A DNA stretch of 64,000 bases from the IMG/VR virus record IMGVR_UViG_3300047323_000678; one strand, given 5' to 3'. The translations under genes and the position numbers were made by a program. The notes below the pieces were generated by a model. The model was not told the DNA's origin. It did not search any database and was given only the letters and a program-made list of their open reading frames with translations. Origin of the DNA: a virus (Duplodnaviria > Heunggongvirae > Uroviricota > Caudoviricetes). This document shows, piece after piece, positions 37,214 to 47,344 of the stretch (within the stretch, counting starts at the first letter, position 1; every line of letters begins with the position of its first letter).

Positions 37214-38902
37214 ATGAAAAAAGGAATATTAAGTAATAAAAAGTTAATATGTAGTTCATTATTAGCTTTAAGTTTAGGATTATGTGGTAATTCAATAGCT
37301 CAAACAAATGTAGAAAACTCAGTAAAAAAAGGATCAGCAGATTCAACTTCTATAGCAGTGATAGGATTAGGTACAACAACACCTCCCACAAAAAATTTCC
37401 AGGCAAGTTCAATTATGCCATTTAGTAAACCCGGTTTAACATGCACCACTCCGTGGGGACAAGTAATTCAGGATAATACTGAAGTGGCAGCTTATAAAAC
37501 TCCAACAGGAACATATAACTATACAACAGGAACATATGCAGACGATTGTATAGAAGAACAACGCCATTGTACGAATGGAGTGTTAAGTGGAAGTTATCAA
37601 TATCAGACTTGTACAATTAAGCCAGTAAATGGAACTTGCGGCATAGCCAATGGAGCTTATTACACTTATCCAACAAGTGGACCAGCTTCAACCGATCAAT
37701 GTAATCCAAGTTATACATATGGTGGGGTTGCTCCGTCTGATGAATCTCCACCATCAGTCCCTGCTACATCTGGAGCATATTTAAATACAACTACCAATGT
37801 ATATAATTGGACTTGTTCAGGTGAAGCTGGCGGTGGTTCTGCAAGCTGTTTTGCTTATAGAAAAATTAATGGTCAATGTGGTTCATCGACAAATTCTTGT
37901 AATTTAGGGAATTCGGCTAGTCCATCAACAACCGATAATTACAATCCTAATTATAAATGCTCATGTAGCACAAATACCTCAGGAGTAACTACCTGTACCG
38001 CAAATGCATCAGGAAATCAAACTTGCACAGGTGGATATAGAGATACTACTTATGCATGGAATTGCATGGGAATTAATACAGGAGCAAATGCTTCATGCAG
38101 CAATAATGTTTATATAAGCAGTAAAGATACACAACCAGCACCACCATGTGGAGCTACAAGCCAGGCACAATCTTCTAGCTGTCCAAGTGGTTATAATGGA
38201 ACTCAATCTAGAACTAATACAGTGGATTCTTGCACAGGCACTATTATTGCCTATGGTTCTTGGAATACTTCAAGCTGTACTCTTGCATGCACAAATAGTT
38301 ATTCAACCCAATCAGCTAGTTGCCCAAGTGGTTATAGTGGAACTCAATATAGGTCAGTAACTACAAATTCTTGCACAGGGACTTCTTATGGTTCATGGGA
38401 TACTTCAGGTTGTACATATAATGCACCAACCTGCACAACTAGTTCATCAACTGAATCAGCTAGTTGCCCAAGTGGTTATTCAGGAACTCAATATAGATCA
38501 GTTAATTATAATAGCTGCACTGGGACTACTTACGGCTCATGGAATACTGCTGGTTGCACTCCTGTTCAAACCTGCACAACTAGTTCATCAACCGAATCAG
38601 CTAGCTGCCCAAGCGGTTATACTGGAACTCAAACTAGAACTGTGACTACAAATTCTTGCACTGGTACCACTTATGGTTCATGGAATACTTCAGGTTGTAC
38701 TCCTGTTCCAATGTGTGGAATTAAAACTTCACAAGAGACACAACGCTGTAGTGGAGCGGGTGTAAGTGGTAGTCAATATAGAACAGTCACTACCAATACA
38801 TGCACAGGAACTACATCATATGGAGCTTGGGATACTTCAGGTTGCTGTGGTGGAACAACTAAAAGCCCAGGCGGTGCAATTTATTATAATGCTTGTAACT
38901 AA
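37214..38902 (+). CDS. Secreted Cys-rich putative adhesin, copy 2 (five repeats of about 47 aa)
   Basis: SASCPSGYSGTQYRSVTTNSCTGTSYGSWDTSGC repeats. Confidence 0.8.
   Translation: MKKGILSNKKLICSSLLALSLGLCGNSIAQTNVENSVKKGSADSTSIAVIGLGTTTPPTKNFQASSIMPFSKPGLTCTTPWGQVIQDNTEVAAYKTPTGTYNYTTGTYADDCIEEQRHCTNGVLSGSYQYQTCTIKPVNGTCGIANGAYYTYPTSGPASTDQCNPSYTYGGVAPSDESPPSVPATSGAYLNTTTNVYNWTCSGEAGGGSASCFAYRKINGQCGSSTNSCNLGNSASPSTTDNYNPNYKCSCSTNTSGVTTCTANASGNQTCTGGYRDTTYAWNCMGINTGANASCSNNVYISSKDTQPAPPCGATSQAQSSSCPSGYNGTQSRTNTVDSCTGTIIAYGSWNTSSCTLACTNSYSTQSASCPSGYSGTQYRSVTTNSCTGTSYGSWDTSGCTYNAPTCTTSSSTESASCPSGYSGTQYRSVNYNSCTGTTYGSWNTAGCTPVQTCTTSSSTESASCPSGYTGTQTRTVTTNSCTGTTYGSWNTSGCTPVPMCGIKTSQETQRCSGAGVSGSQYRTVTTNTCTGTTSYGAWDTSGCCGGTTKSPGGAIYYNACN
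38147..38850 (+). repeat. Intragenic tandem repeats, unit about 141-144 bp
   Basis: Near-identical DNA units (GCTAGTTGCCCAAG...GGAACTCAA...TATGGTTCATGG). Confidence 0.85.
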
Positions 38903-39077
38903 GCTTTAATTAAAAGGAACCTTCGGGTTCCTTTTTTATTTATATATCTCAATTAATCATAATGGTATTAAAATTAGATGAGTATTATTACCTATTGAAT
39001 TAAATAAAAATTAATATATTATTTACCATGCATAATTATAGTCTAATATGCATAGAGATATAAAGTAATGGAAAGTG

Positions 39078-40712
39078 ATGAAAAAAGAAATATTAAGTAA
39101 TAAAAAGTTAATATGTAGTTTATTATTAACGATAAGTTTAGGGTTAAGTTGTAATTCAATAGCAGAAACAAACACATTAAAGAAAGGTTCAGCAGATTCA
39201 ACTTCTATAGAAACAATAGGATTAAGTTCAACAACAACACCCACAAAAAATTTCCAGGCAAGTTCAATTAAGCCATTTAACAAACTAGGATTAACCTGCA
39301 CCACTCCGTGGGGACAAATAATTCAAGATAACACTGAAATTGCAGCTTATAAAACTTCCACAGGAACATATAACTATACAACAGGAACATATGCAGACGA
39401 TTGTATAGAAGAACAAAGACATTGCACGAATGGTGTTTTAAGTGGAAGTTATCAATATCAGACTTGTACAATTAAGCCAGTAAATGGAACTTGTGGTATA
39501 GCCAATGGTGCTTATTATACTTATCCAACAAGTGGGCCGGCTTCAACTGATCAATGCAATCCAAGTTATACATATGGCGGTAATCCACCAGCGGACGAAT
39601 CACCACCATCAGTCCCAGCTACATCTGGAGCATATTTAAATACAACTACCAATGTATATAATTGGACTTGTTCAGGTGAAGCAGGCGGTAGCTCTGCAAG
39701 TTGTTTTGCTTATAGAAGAATTAATGGTCAATGTGGTTCTTCAACAAATTCTTGTAATTTAGGGAATTCAGCTAATCCATCATCAACCGATAATTATAAT
39801 CCTAATTATAAATGTAGTTGCACAACAAATACCTCAGGAGTAACAACTTGTTCTGCTAATGCATCAGGAAATCAGACTTGCACAGGTGGATATAAAGATA
39901 CTACTTATGCTTGGAGTTGTATGGGTATTAATACAGGCACAAATGCTTCATGCAGCAATAATGTTTATATAAGCAGCAAAGATACTCCTGTTGCACCACC
40001 ATGCGGGGCTACAAGTCAGGCACAATCTTCTGCTTGTCCAAGTGGTTATAATGGAACGCAATCTAGAACCAATACAGTAGATTCTTGCACAGGAAGTGTT
40101 ATTATTTATGGTTCTTGGAATACTTCAAGCTGTACTCTTGCATGCACAAACAGTTATTCAACTCAATCGGCTAGTTGCCCAAGCGGTTACAGCGGAACAC
40201 AATATAGATCAGTAACTACAAATTCTTGCACAGGAACTTCTTATGGTTCATGGGACACTTCAGGTTGTACTGCTGTTCCATCATGCACAAATAGTTATTC
40301 AACGCAATCAGCTAGTTGCCCAAGCGGTTATTCAGGAACTCAATATAGGTCAGTAACTACAAATTCTTGCACTGGCACTACTTACGGTTCATGGGATACT
40401 TCGGGTTGTACATATAATGCACCATCATGCACAACTAGTTCATCAACTGAATCAGCTAGTTGCCCAAGCGGTTATACTGGAACTCAAACTAGAACTGTAA
40501 CTACAAATTCTTGCACTGGTACCACTTATGGTTCGTGGAATACTTCAGGTTGTACTGTTGCTGCTCCAAGTTGTTCAGGAGCATACAGAACTATGAACTC
40601 TGGAGCATCTTGTTGGGGTGAACAATATCTTTCAAATGGTAGTGGAGGATGTTCTTGGCAAAAAACAGGAGATACTGGGGTTTGGTCAGCCGGTTTCTGT
40701 AGGTGGAGATAA
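39078..40712 (+). CDS. Secreted Cys-rich putative adhesin, copy 3 (four repeats, unique C-terminus)
   Basis: Nearly identical to copy 2 up to the repeats; ends GVWSAGFCRWR. Confidence 0.8.
   Translation: MKKEILSNKKLICSLLLTISLGLSCNSIAETNTLKKGSADSTSIETIGLSSTTTPTKNFQASSIKPFNKLGLTCTTPWGQIIQDNTEIAAYKTSTGTYNYTTGTYADDCIEEQRHCTNGVLSGSYQYQTCTIKPVNGTCGIANGAYYTYPTSGPASTDQCNPSYTYGGNPPADESPPSVPATSGAYLNTTTNVYNWTCSGEAGGSSASCFAYRRINGQCGSSTNSCNLGNSANPSSTDNYNPNYKCSCTTNTSGVTTCSANASGNQTCTGGYKDTTYAWSCMGINTGTNASCSNNVYISSKDTPVAPPCGATSQAQSSACPSGYNGTQSRTNTVDSCTGSVIIYGSWNTSSCTLACTNSYSTQSASCPSGYSGTQYRSVTTNSCTGTSYGSWDTSGCTAVPSCTNSYSTQSASCPSGYSGTQYRSVTTNSCTGTTYGSWDTSGCTYNAPSCTTSSSTESASCPSGYTGTQTRTVTTNSCTGTTYGSWNTSGCTVAAPSCSGAYRTMNSGASCWGEQYLSNGSGGCSWQKTGDTGVWSAGFCRWR
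40002..40571 (+). repeat. Intragenic tandem repeats, unit about 141-144 bp
   Basis: Same unit as in copy 2. Confidence 0.85.
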
Positions 40713-40827
40713 ATTAATATAGCCTAATAAAAAAGTCACAAACCTTCATGGAATGTGGCTTTTTTTAATACTAATGAATTTTAAATTATGTTATAATCAA
40801 CGATAAATAAATCACGGGAAGAATTAA

Positions 40828-41331
40828 ATGAAATATACTGTTAAAGAAGATGTGTGGGAAGACTTAATTACTGGTCAGACATACATCAGGAATTATGCAT
40901 TTAGTCCTATTGTGGCCTTTGATAATAATGGAAATGTAATTAAAGGATATACTTATAAACCTTATTCTTTCGTTGGAGAAGATGGTTTATCATCAATGGA
41001 TTCAGAAAAATTCGGATATCGAGCATATTGCCTGACACAAAATTTGTTCTTGACTGAGGAACAATCTAAACAGCGGTTTAAATATCTTGGAAAATTAGAA
41101 CGCCAAGAAGATATTGATGAAAGCATTCGTCATTATTCTGAAGAAAATTGTGATTTTAATAATTTTGCTTGGTTAGCGGAACTGACAATGCGTGATTTAA
41201 CCAGTAAAGATGCTGGAGGTTTAAGCCAATGTGTTCAAGCAAAACTGCTAGAATTTTTATTCAAACATGCTGAATCATCAGAAAAATTTGAGGAAGTAAA
41301 AAAAAGATATTTTAATAATAAAGGAAATTAA
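40828..41331 (+). CDS. Hypothetical protein
   Basis: 167-aa ORF after a TGTTATAAT promoter. Confidence 0.7.
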   Translation: MKYTVKEDVWEDLITGQTYIRNYAFSPIVAFDNNGNVIKGYTYKPYSFVGEDGLSSMDSEKFGYRAYCLTQNLFLTEEQSKQRFKYLGKLERQEDIDESIRHYSEENCDFNNFAWLAELTMRDLTSKDAGGLSQCVQAKLLEFLFKHAESSEKFEEVKKRYFNNKGN

Positions 41332-41697
41332 ATGGGACTATTATTCCAATTAGGTCTGATGCTTGGCACAGTTATAATGATTAAATTTAATCTTATAATT
41401 GGAGTTGCATTAATGTTTATCGGTAATAAGATTGGTGGTTTAGGTGTTGTATTAGAAGCCATAGGGTTAGGATATTTAGTTATTTTCGTTATTTCTCATA
41501 CCAGATGTTCTTATGTAGTATTTAGTGAAATGCATGATCCTAATCTATTAGGAAAACCAATTACAGAACCAGAAAATGTAAAGGAAGCAGTAAGTATCAA
41601 AAAAAATCAGCTACTTTTAGGTTTTATTTGGCGTCTTAGTAGAGAAATAGATTTTATTAAGAAAACTTTTAAATTAGATTTTAAATCTACAAATTAA
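41332..41697 (+). CDS. Membrane protein
   Basis: Hydrophobic N-terminal half. Confidence 0.6.
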   Translation: MGLLFQLGLMLGTVIMIKFNLIIGVALMFIGNKIGGLGVVLEAIGLGYLVIFVISHTRCSYVVFSEMHDPNLLGKPITEPENVKEAVSIKKNQLLLGFIWRLSREIDFIKKTFKLDFKSTN

Positions 41698-41778
41698 AAT
41701 ATTAATTGTACTTAATTAGAAATAGGCTTATAATATCTTTTGGATATTATAGGTCTATTTTATTTTATGGAGTATGAG

Positions 41779-42141
41779 ATGAAATTTACAAAAAAACTTA
41801 TTGCAGTTGTGAGCTTAATGTTTTCAAATGCAGCATTTGCAGGTAGTGGAAGCAAAGTTCAATATGTTCCTGAACCTATAATTATTAATTCTACGAAACC
41901 ATGTATGATTCAAATTGATAAAAATACATTTATCAATGCAAATCATATTTCCTCTATTTATGTAGGAACGAATTCTTACTATGATAAAGAAAAAAGTTCA
42001 TTTGTTGCATCCAAATATATTTATAAACCTGCCTTGATTTACATTGTAGGTAAAATAACACACTCCGTAGAATTGGATAATCCTACTGCTGAGCAAATGC
42101 GAATTTTAGAAGTAATTAATAAAACTTGTAATAAAAATTAA
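41779..42141 (+). CDS. Secreted hypothetical protein (local paralog family)
   Basis: Signal peptide; CMIQI...FINANHI...INKTC. Confidence 0.7.
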   Translation: MKFTKKLIAVVSLMFSNAAFAGSGSKVQYVPEPIIINSTKPCMIQIDKNTFINANHISSIYVGTNSYYDKEKSSFVASKYIYKPALIYIVGKITHSVELDNPTAEQMRILEVINKTCNKN

Positions 42142-42173
42142 ATTAACCCAAAATGCCAAAAGAAAGATTACAA

Positions 42174-42506
42174 ATGAAAAAAATTAAAATTATTATTGCT
42201 ATTTCTCTGCTTAGTTTAACAGGAATTACTCATGCAGGTTCGTCAAGCAATGGTCGTAGTGATGAAGGCTCAAGGCAAATTGCTTGTATGATTCCTGTGC
42301 ATACAAATGATTATTACCAGTTTCTTAATGCTAACATGATTCGTTATGTGAGAATCGCCAAAACGAATGAGGAAATGGTAAGAATTCTATATGCAGGCAA
42401 TACTTCTGACAATACAATCAACATTGTATATAACACAAAAGAAGAAGCTCTAGCAGCAGCCAATCGTTTCATTACTGCAATTAATAATTGTGGAAAAAGT
42501 CAATAA
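42174..42506 (+). CDS. Secreted hypothetical protein (local paralog family)
   Basis: Signal peptide; ACMIPV...FLNANMIRYV...INNC. Confidence 0.7.
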   Translation: MKKIKIIIAISLLSLTGITHAGSSSNGRSDEGSRQIACMIPVHTNDYYQFLNANMIRYVRIAKTNEEMVRILYAGNTSDNTINIVYNTKEEALAAANRFITAINNCGKSQ

Positions 42507-42614
42507 AAAAACTGCTAAAATAAAATCTTTAGTGTAAAATAATGATTCAGACCTAAGTGTTTTTAGCTTAAAGTTGGATACTTAAGTAAAAAAAATCAAC
42601 TGCTGTTTTTTTAA

Positions 42615-42818
42615 ATGTCAAGGGAAAATATGACCATTCTGACTTTTATTGGCACCATTATTCTGAAAATTATTCTTACATTTTTTGCTTTAGGTTTCAT
42701 GGCTATGTTTTTCTTATGGCCGTCAAATGAACAACCTGTGGCTACTTCAAGAAAAGTCATGTTTGGTATTGCTTCTTTGGCATTTATCGGTTGGATGTTT
42801 AATTTTTATTTGGTTTAA
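42615..42818 (+). CDS. Small 2-TM protein
   Basis: 67 aa hydrophobic ORF. Confidence 0.55.
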   Translation: MSRENMTILTFIGTIILKIILTFFALGFMAMFFLWPSNEQPVATSRKVMFGIASLAFIGWMFNFYLV

Positions 42819-42822
42819 TCAA

Positions 42823-43443
42823 ATGGAAAAAAGAACTTGGTGTTATCTTCAACAGCCTTTTAATTTTGAAATGGCTGCCTGTGATTGCGGTAATGAAGAA
42901 ACGCAATGGTCTGAGTATAAAGATCATTTATGGTGTGATAAATGCCAGAAAGATTTTATTCCCAAGCATACAGGTATTTTTAGTGGTCCTATTCCAATTA
43001 TGGCATCAAGAATGCTAGGATTGCATTTTGATAGGTTTAATATCCTCACTGAACAAGCCGAAATCTTGGATGAAGCAAATTTGCCAGACAATTTGCATTA
43101 TGTTCCATGTATCAATCCTTATGTTCTTTTTAAAAATAAACATATTGATGTAGAAGTAAAATATTTTGTAGATAATAAATTTACTTTGCAAAAAGCATTC
43201 TTGTCTTATAAAGATGGTGAAGTTAAAATTGAATTAAATGAGCCATTAAAAGAACAAAAGGCTAAAGGTTTTCATCTTACAATTAATTTTAATTATCCCG
43301 AGACAGAATCATTTTATCTAACACTTTTTATAAATGATGATTTGAAAAATTTTAGTGTGGGTGCTGATTCAAATCATATTGAATTATTGAAGTTTATTAA
43401 TAAAAATGAATTAAAGTATATTTTAACCGAAGCAAATAGTTAA
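42823..43443 (+). CDS. Hypothetical protein with an N-terminal zinc ribbon
   Basis: CDCG...WSEYKDHLWCDKC. Confidence 0.7.
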   Translation: MEKRTWCYLQQPFNFEMAACDCGNEETQWSEYKDHLWCDKCQKDFIPKHTGIFSGPIPIMASRMLGLHFDRFNILTEQAEILDEANLPDNLHYVPCINPYVLFKNKHIDVEVKYFVDNKFTLQKAFLSYKDGEVKIELNEPLKEQKAKGFHLTINFNYPETESFYLTLFINDDLKNFSVGADSNHIELLKFINKNELKYILTEANS

Positions 43444-43531
43444 AAATTTTTTCATAATTATGTACAAAAATAGAAACATAGCTTATAATAGCGATATGGT
43501 TTATCACGATAATTATAAATAGAGGTGAAAA

Positions 43532-43741
43532 ATGAAAATGGAACTATTTTATATAGCCGAAATTACTGAAAAAGTTAATTTTGAAGATAATGCACCAAAA
43601 GAAAAAATTGCTAAATTTATTTCTGGTCCATTTGGCTCTTGGGATCTTGCATGTGATGCCAAACAAAAAGCTTCGGATAAAAGGTTATCCCGCTCTAATA
43701 TTGAAATTGTTACACAAACAATTGAAGTAGATGTAGATTAA
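43532..43741 (+). CDS. Small hypothetical protein
   Basis: SD GAGGTG, own promoter. Confidence 0.6.
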   Translation: MKMELFYIAEITEKVNFEDNAPKEKIAKFISGPFGSWDLACDAKQKASDKRLSRSNIEIVTQTIEVDVD

Positions 43742-43758
43742 AAATAACGGAAATTAAA

Positions 43759-43896
43759 ATGAAAAAAATTTTGAAAGTGTTGAATCCTTTCATAGCTATA
43801 ATTAATTATTTTAGATACTCTGCGCATCTAGAGTCTCAAAGATTCAATAAGAATCCTGAACCATACGATTTTAGTAAAGATATGAAATACTTTTAA
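43759..43896 (+). CDS. Small hypothetical protein (45 aa), not in the ORF track
   Basis: Hand translation MKKILKVLNPF...DMKYF; fills the operon gap. Confidence 0.45.
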   Translation: MKKILKVLNPFIAIINYFRYSAHLESQRFNKNPEPYDFSKDMKYF

Positions 43897-43905
43897 GGAA
43901 TAAAA

Positions 43906-44511
43906 ATGACCAATAAAACCATTTTCAGCGTTGTATGGGATGCAGCTAAACTAGCTGACAAATATCATAGCTCACGCACTACCAGCACAATTCTTAACCA
44001 TGCAATGTCTGAATTGGGTGAAACGGCCATTGAAATTAATATTGTCAAAGGTGAAAATAGCCAACCAGGACCAGATGGAATTATTGGTGAAGCACTAGAT
44101 ACAATTGCTGCACTGCTAGATTTAATTTATGTAGTTAATCCCAATATTAAAGAATACGAAGTAGTTAAGATTATTGATCCATTCATGGATTACGAAACAA
44201 TCTATACTGCCGTATGGGGTGAAACTAAATCGGCTGAAAAATATCATGGATTTAGGAATGAATTCTCCATTCTAAATTATGCAATGTGCAAAATGGGGGA
44301 ATTGGCAATTGAAGTCAATATTGCTAATGGTGCAAGCTATAAAAAGCCTAGCCAATATGGAGTTATTGGTAAAGCTATGAATACAATTGCTGCGCTTATG
44401 GATCTGATTCATGTAATTGATCCGAATCTAACTGAAGAAGAACTCATTGAAAAGCTTCAACCAAAAATGAATAAATGGATTGAAAAAATTAAAGAGCACA
44501 GTGAAGCATAA
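43906..44511 (+). CDS. Tandem MazG-like NTP pyrophosphohydrolase domains
   Basis: SELGETAIEINI...GEALDTIAALLDL repeated as CKMGELAIEVNI...GKAMNTIAALMDL. Confidence 0.7.
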   Translation: MTNKTIFSVVWDAAKLADKYHSSRTTSTILNHAMSELGETAIEINIVKGENSQPGPDGIIGEALDTIAALLDLIYVVNPNIKEYEVVKIIDPFMDYETIYTAVWGETKSAEKYHGFRNEFSILNYAMCKMGELAIEVNIANGASYKKPSQYGVIGKAMNTIAALMDLIHVIDPNLTEEELIEKLQPKMNKWIEKIKEHSEA

Positions 44512-44651
44512 CTAGCTCTAAATTTTGGTAAAATTAAAGTAAGGATGTTAAAAATAGCATCCTTATTTTGTTTAAAATAAATTATGGTTTAAAAATTATG
44601 TTATAATATTTTTACTTTGAAACATAGTTAAAACATCAATAGGAGATAAAC

Positions 44652-44840
44652 ATGCCTAAGCGTCTAAAAGTTAAGCTTTTTTACTCAGACCATTGCGTTT
44701 CTGTAGCAGAGGCAGAAGTAAACAAATGGATTGAAAGTAATTCTGATCTTGAAATCCAAGAGATTAAAGTAACTGGAGCAGGTTCTCAGCATGCTCAATT
44801 TATGATTTCCATTACCTATTTAGAATATTATTTGGAATAA
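44652..44840 (+). CDS. Small hypothetical protein (Cse60/DUF2758-like)
   Basis: KVKLF...EAEVNKWI...IQEIK pattern; SD AGGAG. Confidence 0.55.
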   Translation: MPKRLKVKLFYSDHCVSVAEAEVNKWIESNSDLEIQEIKVTGAGSQHAQFMISITYLEYYLE

Positions 44841-44914
44841 TTTTATTTATAAAAATTTTGTTATAATAATCTCACTTTAGACCTATTAAAAATCCAATTT
44901 AGGAGTTAAAAAAT

Positions 44915-45325
44915 ATGAAAAACATTAAATTTGCTGCTATTTTTTCTTTGATGATTGCTTCCCAAGCTGCGCAAGCAATTGTTATTGCTCGTGCCCCCGT
45001 TATCGTTCGTGCTGCACCGGCTGTCCATGTATCAACTCCATCAGTTCATACTGCGGCACCATCAGCACATATTCCGACACCGGTATCTGTTGCAAAAACT
45101 GCTCCTATTCCAGTTACGGTAGCAAAAGCACCTACTCCTGTTAACCTTGCAAAAACAGCAGTTTCTTCTAAATCTGCCTCCACAGTAGAAAAGAATACAG
45201 CAATGCAAAAAAATGTTGTAATGCCTAATATTACCAATACAGCAATTATTACTCCGAATATTATTGGCAATAGTGATAAATGTAATGAGAAAGAAAAAAA
45301 TAATAAAAAATGTAAAACACCATAA
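44915..45325 (+). CDS. Secreted Pro/Ala-rich protein
   Basis: Signal peptide ending AQA; PVxxAK repeats. Confidence 0.7.
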   Translation: MKNIKFAAIFSLMIASQAAQAIVIARAPVIVRAAPAVHVSTPSVHTAAPSAHIPTPVSVAKTAPIPVTVAKAPTPVNLAKTAVSSKSASTVEKNTAMQKNVVMPNITNTAIITPNIIGNSDKCNEKEKNNKKCKTP

Positions 45326-45379
45326 TTTATTAAATTTAGAAGAAAATAAAAAAGCCCACTTCTTGTGGGCTTTTTTTTA

Positions 45380-46681
45380 TTAGAATTTAGGTTTGATTTT
45401 TAAATTTAAGCTAATTAGTTTTTCTTGAATTTTATTAATAAAATTATGGGTATTTTCAGTATTGTCTCGTTCTAATAATCTAGATAAATATTCATTAATT
45501 GAATCTTTATGATTTTGTTCTAAATTATCTAATCTAGAAATATTATCAATATCTCTAAAGTGATGCTCTCCAATTGATTCATGTCTGATAGTTTCTTGCA
45601 TTAAATCTGGATCTACTAAACCAAAACCATCATAAGTCATTTTTCCATCAACAATTTTTATTTTCTTTAGAAGATCAACAATGGACCTTTCTTCAATATG
45701 ATAAATCTCTTTTTGAAATGCATAATGTTTTAATAATTCTTCAAAAGAGAGATCAGGTAATTTTGGATTGAGTTTATTTTCACTGACTAGTTTTTCAACA
45801 ATATAACCCTGGAGTAAATTTAAATAATATATTCCTATTGTTGACTTAACTAATTTATTACCATGAAATTCTGCAATTAAATTAAATTCATTCAGATTAT
45901 CAAGTTGATATTTAACAAATTGATGATGATCATAAAGAATATCTGATATCCAATCGTTGACATCCAAGCCTTCTCCTCTTTCAGCCTTATACCAGTATGT
46001 TTTATCTGACTCTTTTTTGCATATAAGAATTTTAGATGCAGAAACATCTTCAATAACATATATATTATCAAATAAAAAAGGATAATAATCTAAATCATTG
46101 TACCCTTCTATTTTGATAGCTTCAGGCAATATTTTATTAAGTTTATTAATTTCTTCATTTAATTTTTCTGAATCATTAATAAATTGGTTCAAATAATCAA
46201 TATTAATATTTAAATCATTTACTTGAATTTCATTTTTTCGCAAATAATCCATCATCAAATTAGTTTCTGTGATGATTTTATTAGATGTTGATTTTGCTTC
46301 AACTGACTCATTAAATTGTTTTTGATAACGATCTAGCATTTCTAATGCAGATGGCTTGTCAACTTTTGATAAGGCTGTAATTAAATCAATAATATGCTCT
46401 GTTTGCTGAGAGTTTATAAATAAACCTGTTCCTTTAAAATAATCAGAGTGTAAAGTATAGTTAACACTTCTATCATCATATGGGTCAATATCCCCTTTTG
46501 TTTCAAAAAAGTTCACATGATATAAAGGATTACTATAAGGATTTTCGGCATAATCATCAGTATGGAAATCATAAACAATAATCTCTCCAACTTCTTTTGT
46601 ATTATGTTTAATCTGAAGAAGCTTTTTGATGTCATCTTGAGTGAAAAATTTACCAGGTCTTGTATACATCATACTTTTCAT
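45380..46681 (-). CDS. Hypothetical protein (weak C-terminal basic tag)
   Basis: 433 aa; ends LNLKIKPKF. Confidence 0.7.
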   Translation of the reverse strand: MKSMMYTRPGKFFTQDDIKKLLQIKHNTKEVGEIIVYDFHTDDYAENPYSNPLYHVNFFETKGDIDPYDDRSVNYTLHSDYFKGTGLFINSQQTEHIIDLITALSKVDKPSALEMLDRYQKQFNESVEAKSTSNKIITETNLMMDYLRKNEIQVNDLNINIDYLNQFINDSEKLNEEINKLNKILPEAIKIEGYNDLDYYPFLFDNIYVIEDVSASKILICKKESDKTYWYKAERGEGLDVNDWISDILYDHHQFVKYQLDNLNEFNLIAEFHGNKLVKSTIGIYYLNLLQGYIVEKLVSENKLNPKLPDLSFEELLKHYAFQKEIYHIEERSIVDLLKKIKIVDGKMTYDGFGLVDPDLMQETIRHESIGEHHFRDIDNISRLDNLEQNHKDSINEYLSRLLERDNTENTHNFINKIQEKLISLNLKIKPKF

Positions 46682-46835
46682 ATTACGATCCTCAATAATT
46701 AATACTTTAATTATATCAAAAACTTAGATGAAATAAAGCATAAAATAATTTAAAAATGTTGTACAGGTTTAAATAAAAGGTTATAATGGATTCTTCAGAT
46801 TTAATATTATTTATTTTAATTTCTTCATAACTTAA

Positions 46836-47255
46836 ATGAAAGCTAAAATGAAACTTTCTAAAAGTATTATTGCTATTGCACTAATGGCTTCAATGGGAAT
46901 GGCTCAAGCCGTGGTTATCGTTCCTGTTGTATCTTCATATTCTAATATGAAAAAGAAAAAAGAAGAGGAACGCAAAGAAGAACAAAAAAAAGCAAAAGAA
47001 AATAATAGTAGTTCTTCAATTCCTAAATTGGGGCAAGCTTGTTTAGTTGAAATTAGCACGAACAGGCACACTAGCTTTTACAATGTTAATGTCATTCGTT
47101 ATGTTGAAATTGCAGTTAGTAAGCCTGAGGCAGTTAAAATTGATTATTTAGGTAATAATAATCAAGACACCACTTTTACCATTAATTACGATTCAAAAGA
47201 AGAAGCTGAAAAAGCACTTAAAGAATTAGTCACCAAAATTAATCATTGTAAATAA
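46836..47255 (+). CDS. Secreted hypothetical protein (local paralog family)
   Basis: ACLVEI...FYNVNVIRYV...INHC. Confidence 0.7.
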   Translation: MKAKMKLSKSIIAIALMASMGMAQAVVIVPVVSSYSNMKKKKEEERKEEQKKAKENNSSSSIPKLGQACLVEISTNRHTSFYNVNVIRYVEIAVSKPEAVKIDYLGNNNQDTTFTINYDSKEEAEKALKELVTKINHCK

Positions 47256-47344
47256 CTTATAAATTAATTAATATGTTTACCTACATTAAATTTTGACTAG
47301 AAAAACAATACCGATTTAAATGGCATTGCTTTAATAAAAGGTAT

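Noticed and set aside
36047-40712. Diversity-generating retroelement, shufflon or CRISPR array in the repeat region
   Set aside because: Repeats are in-frame coding units with no unique spacers; no reverse transcriptase, adjacent invertase or inverted cassettes; differences are not adenine-specific
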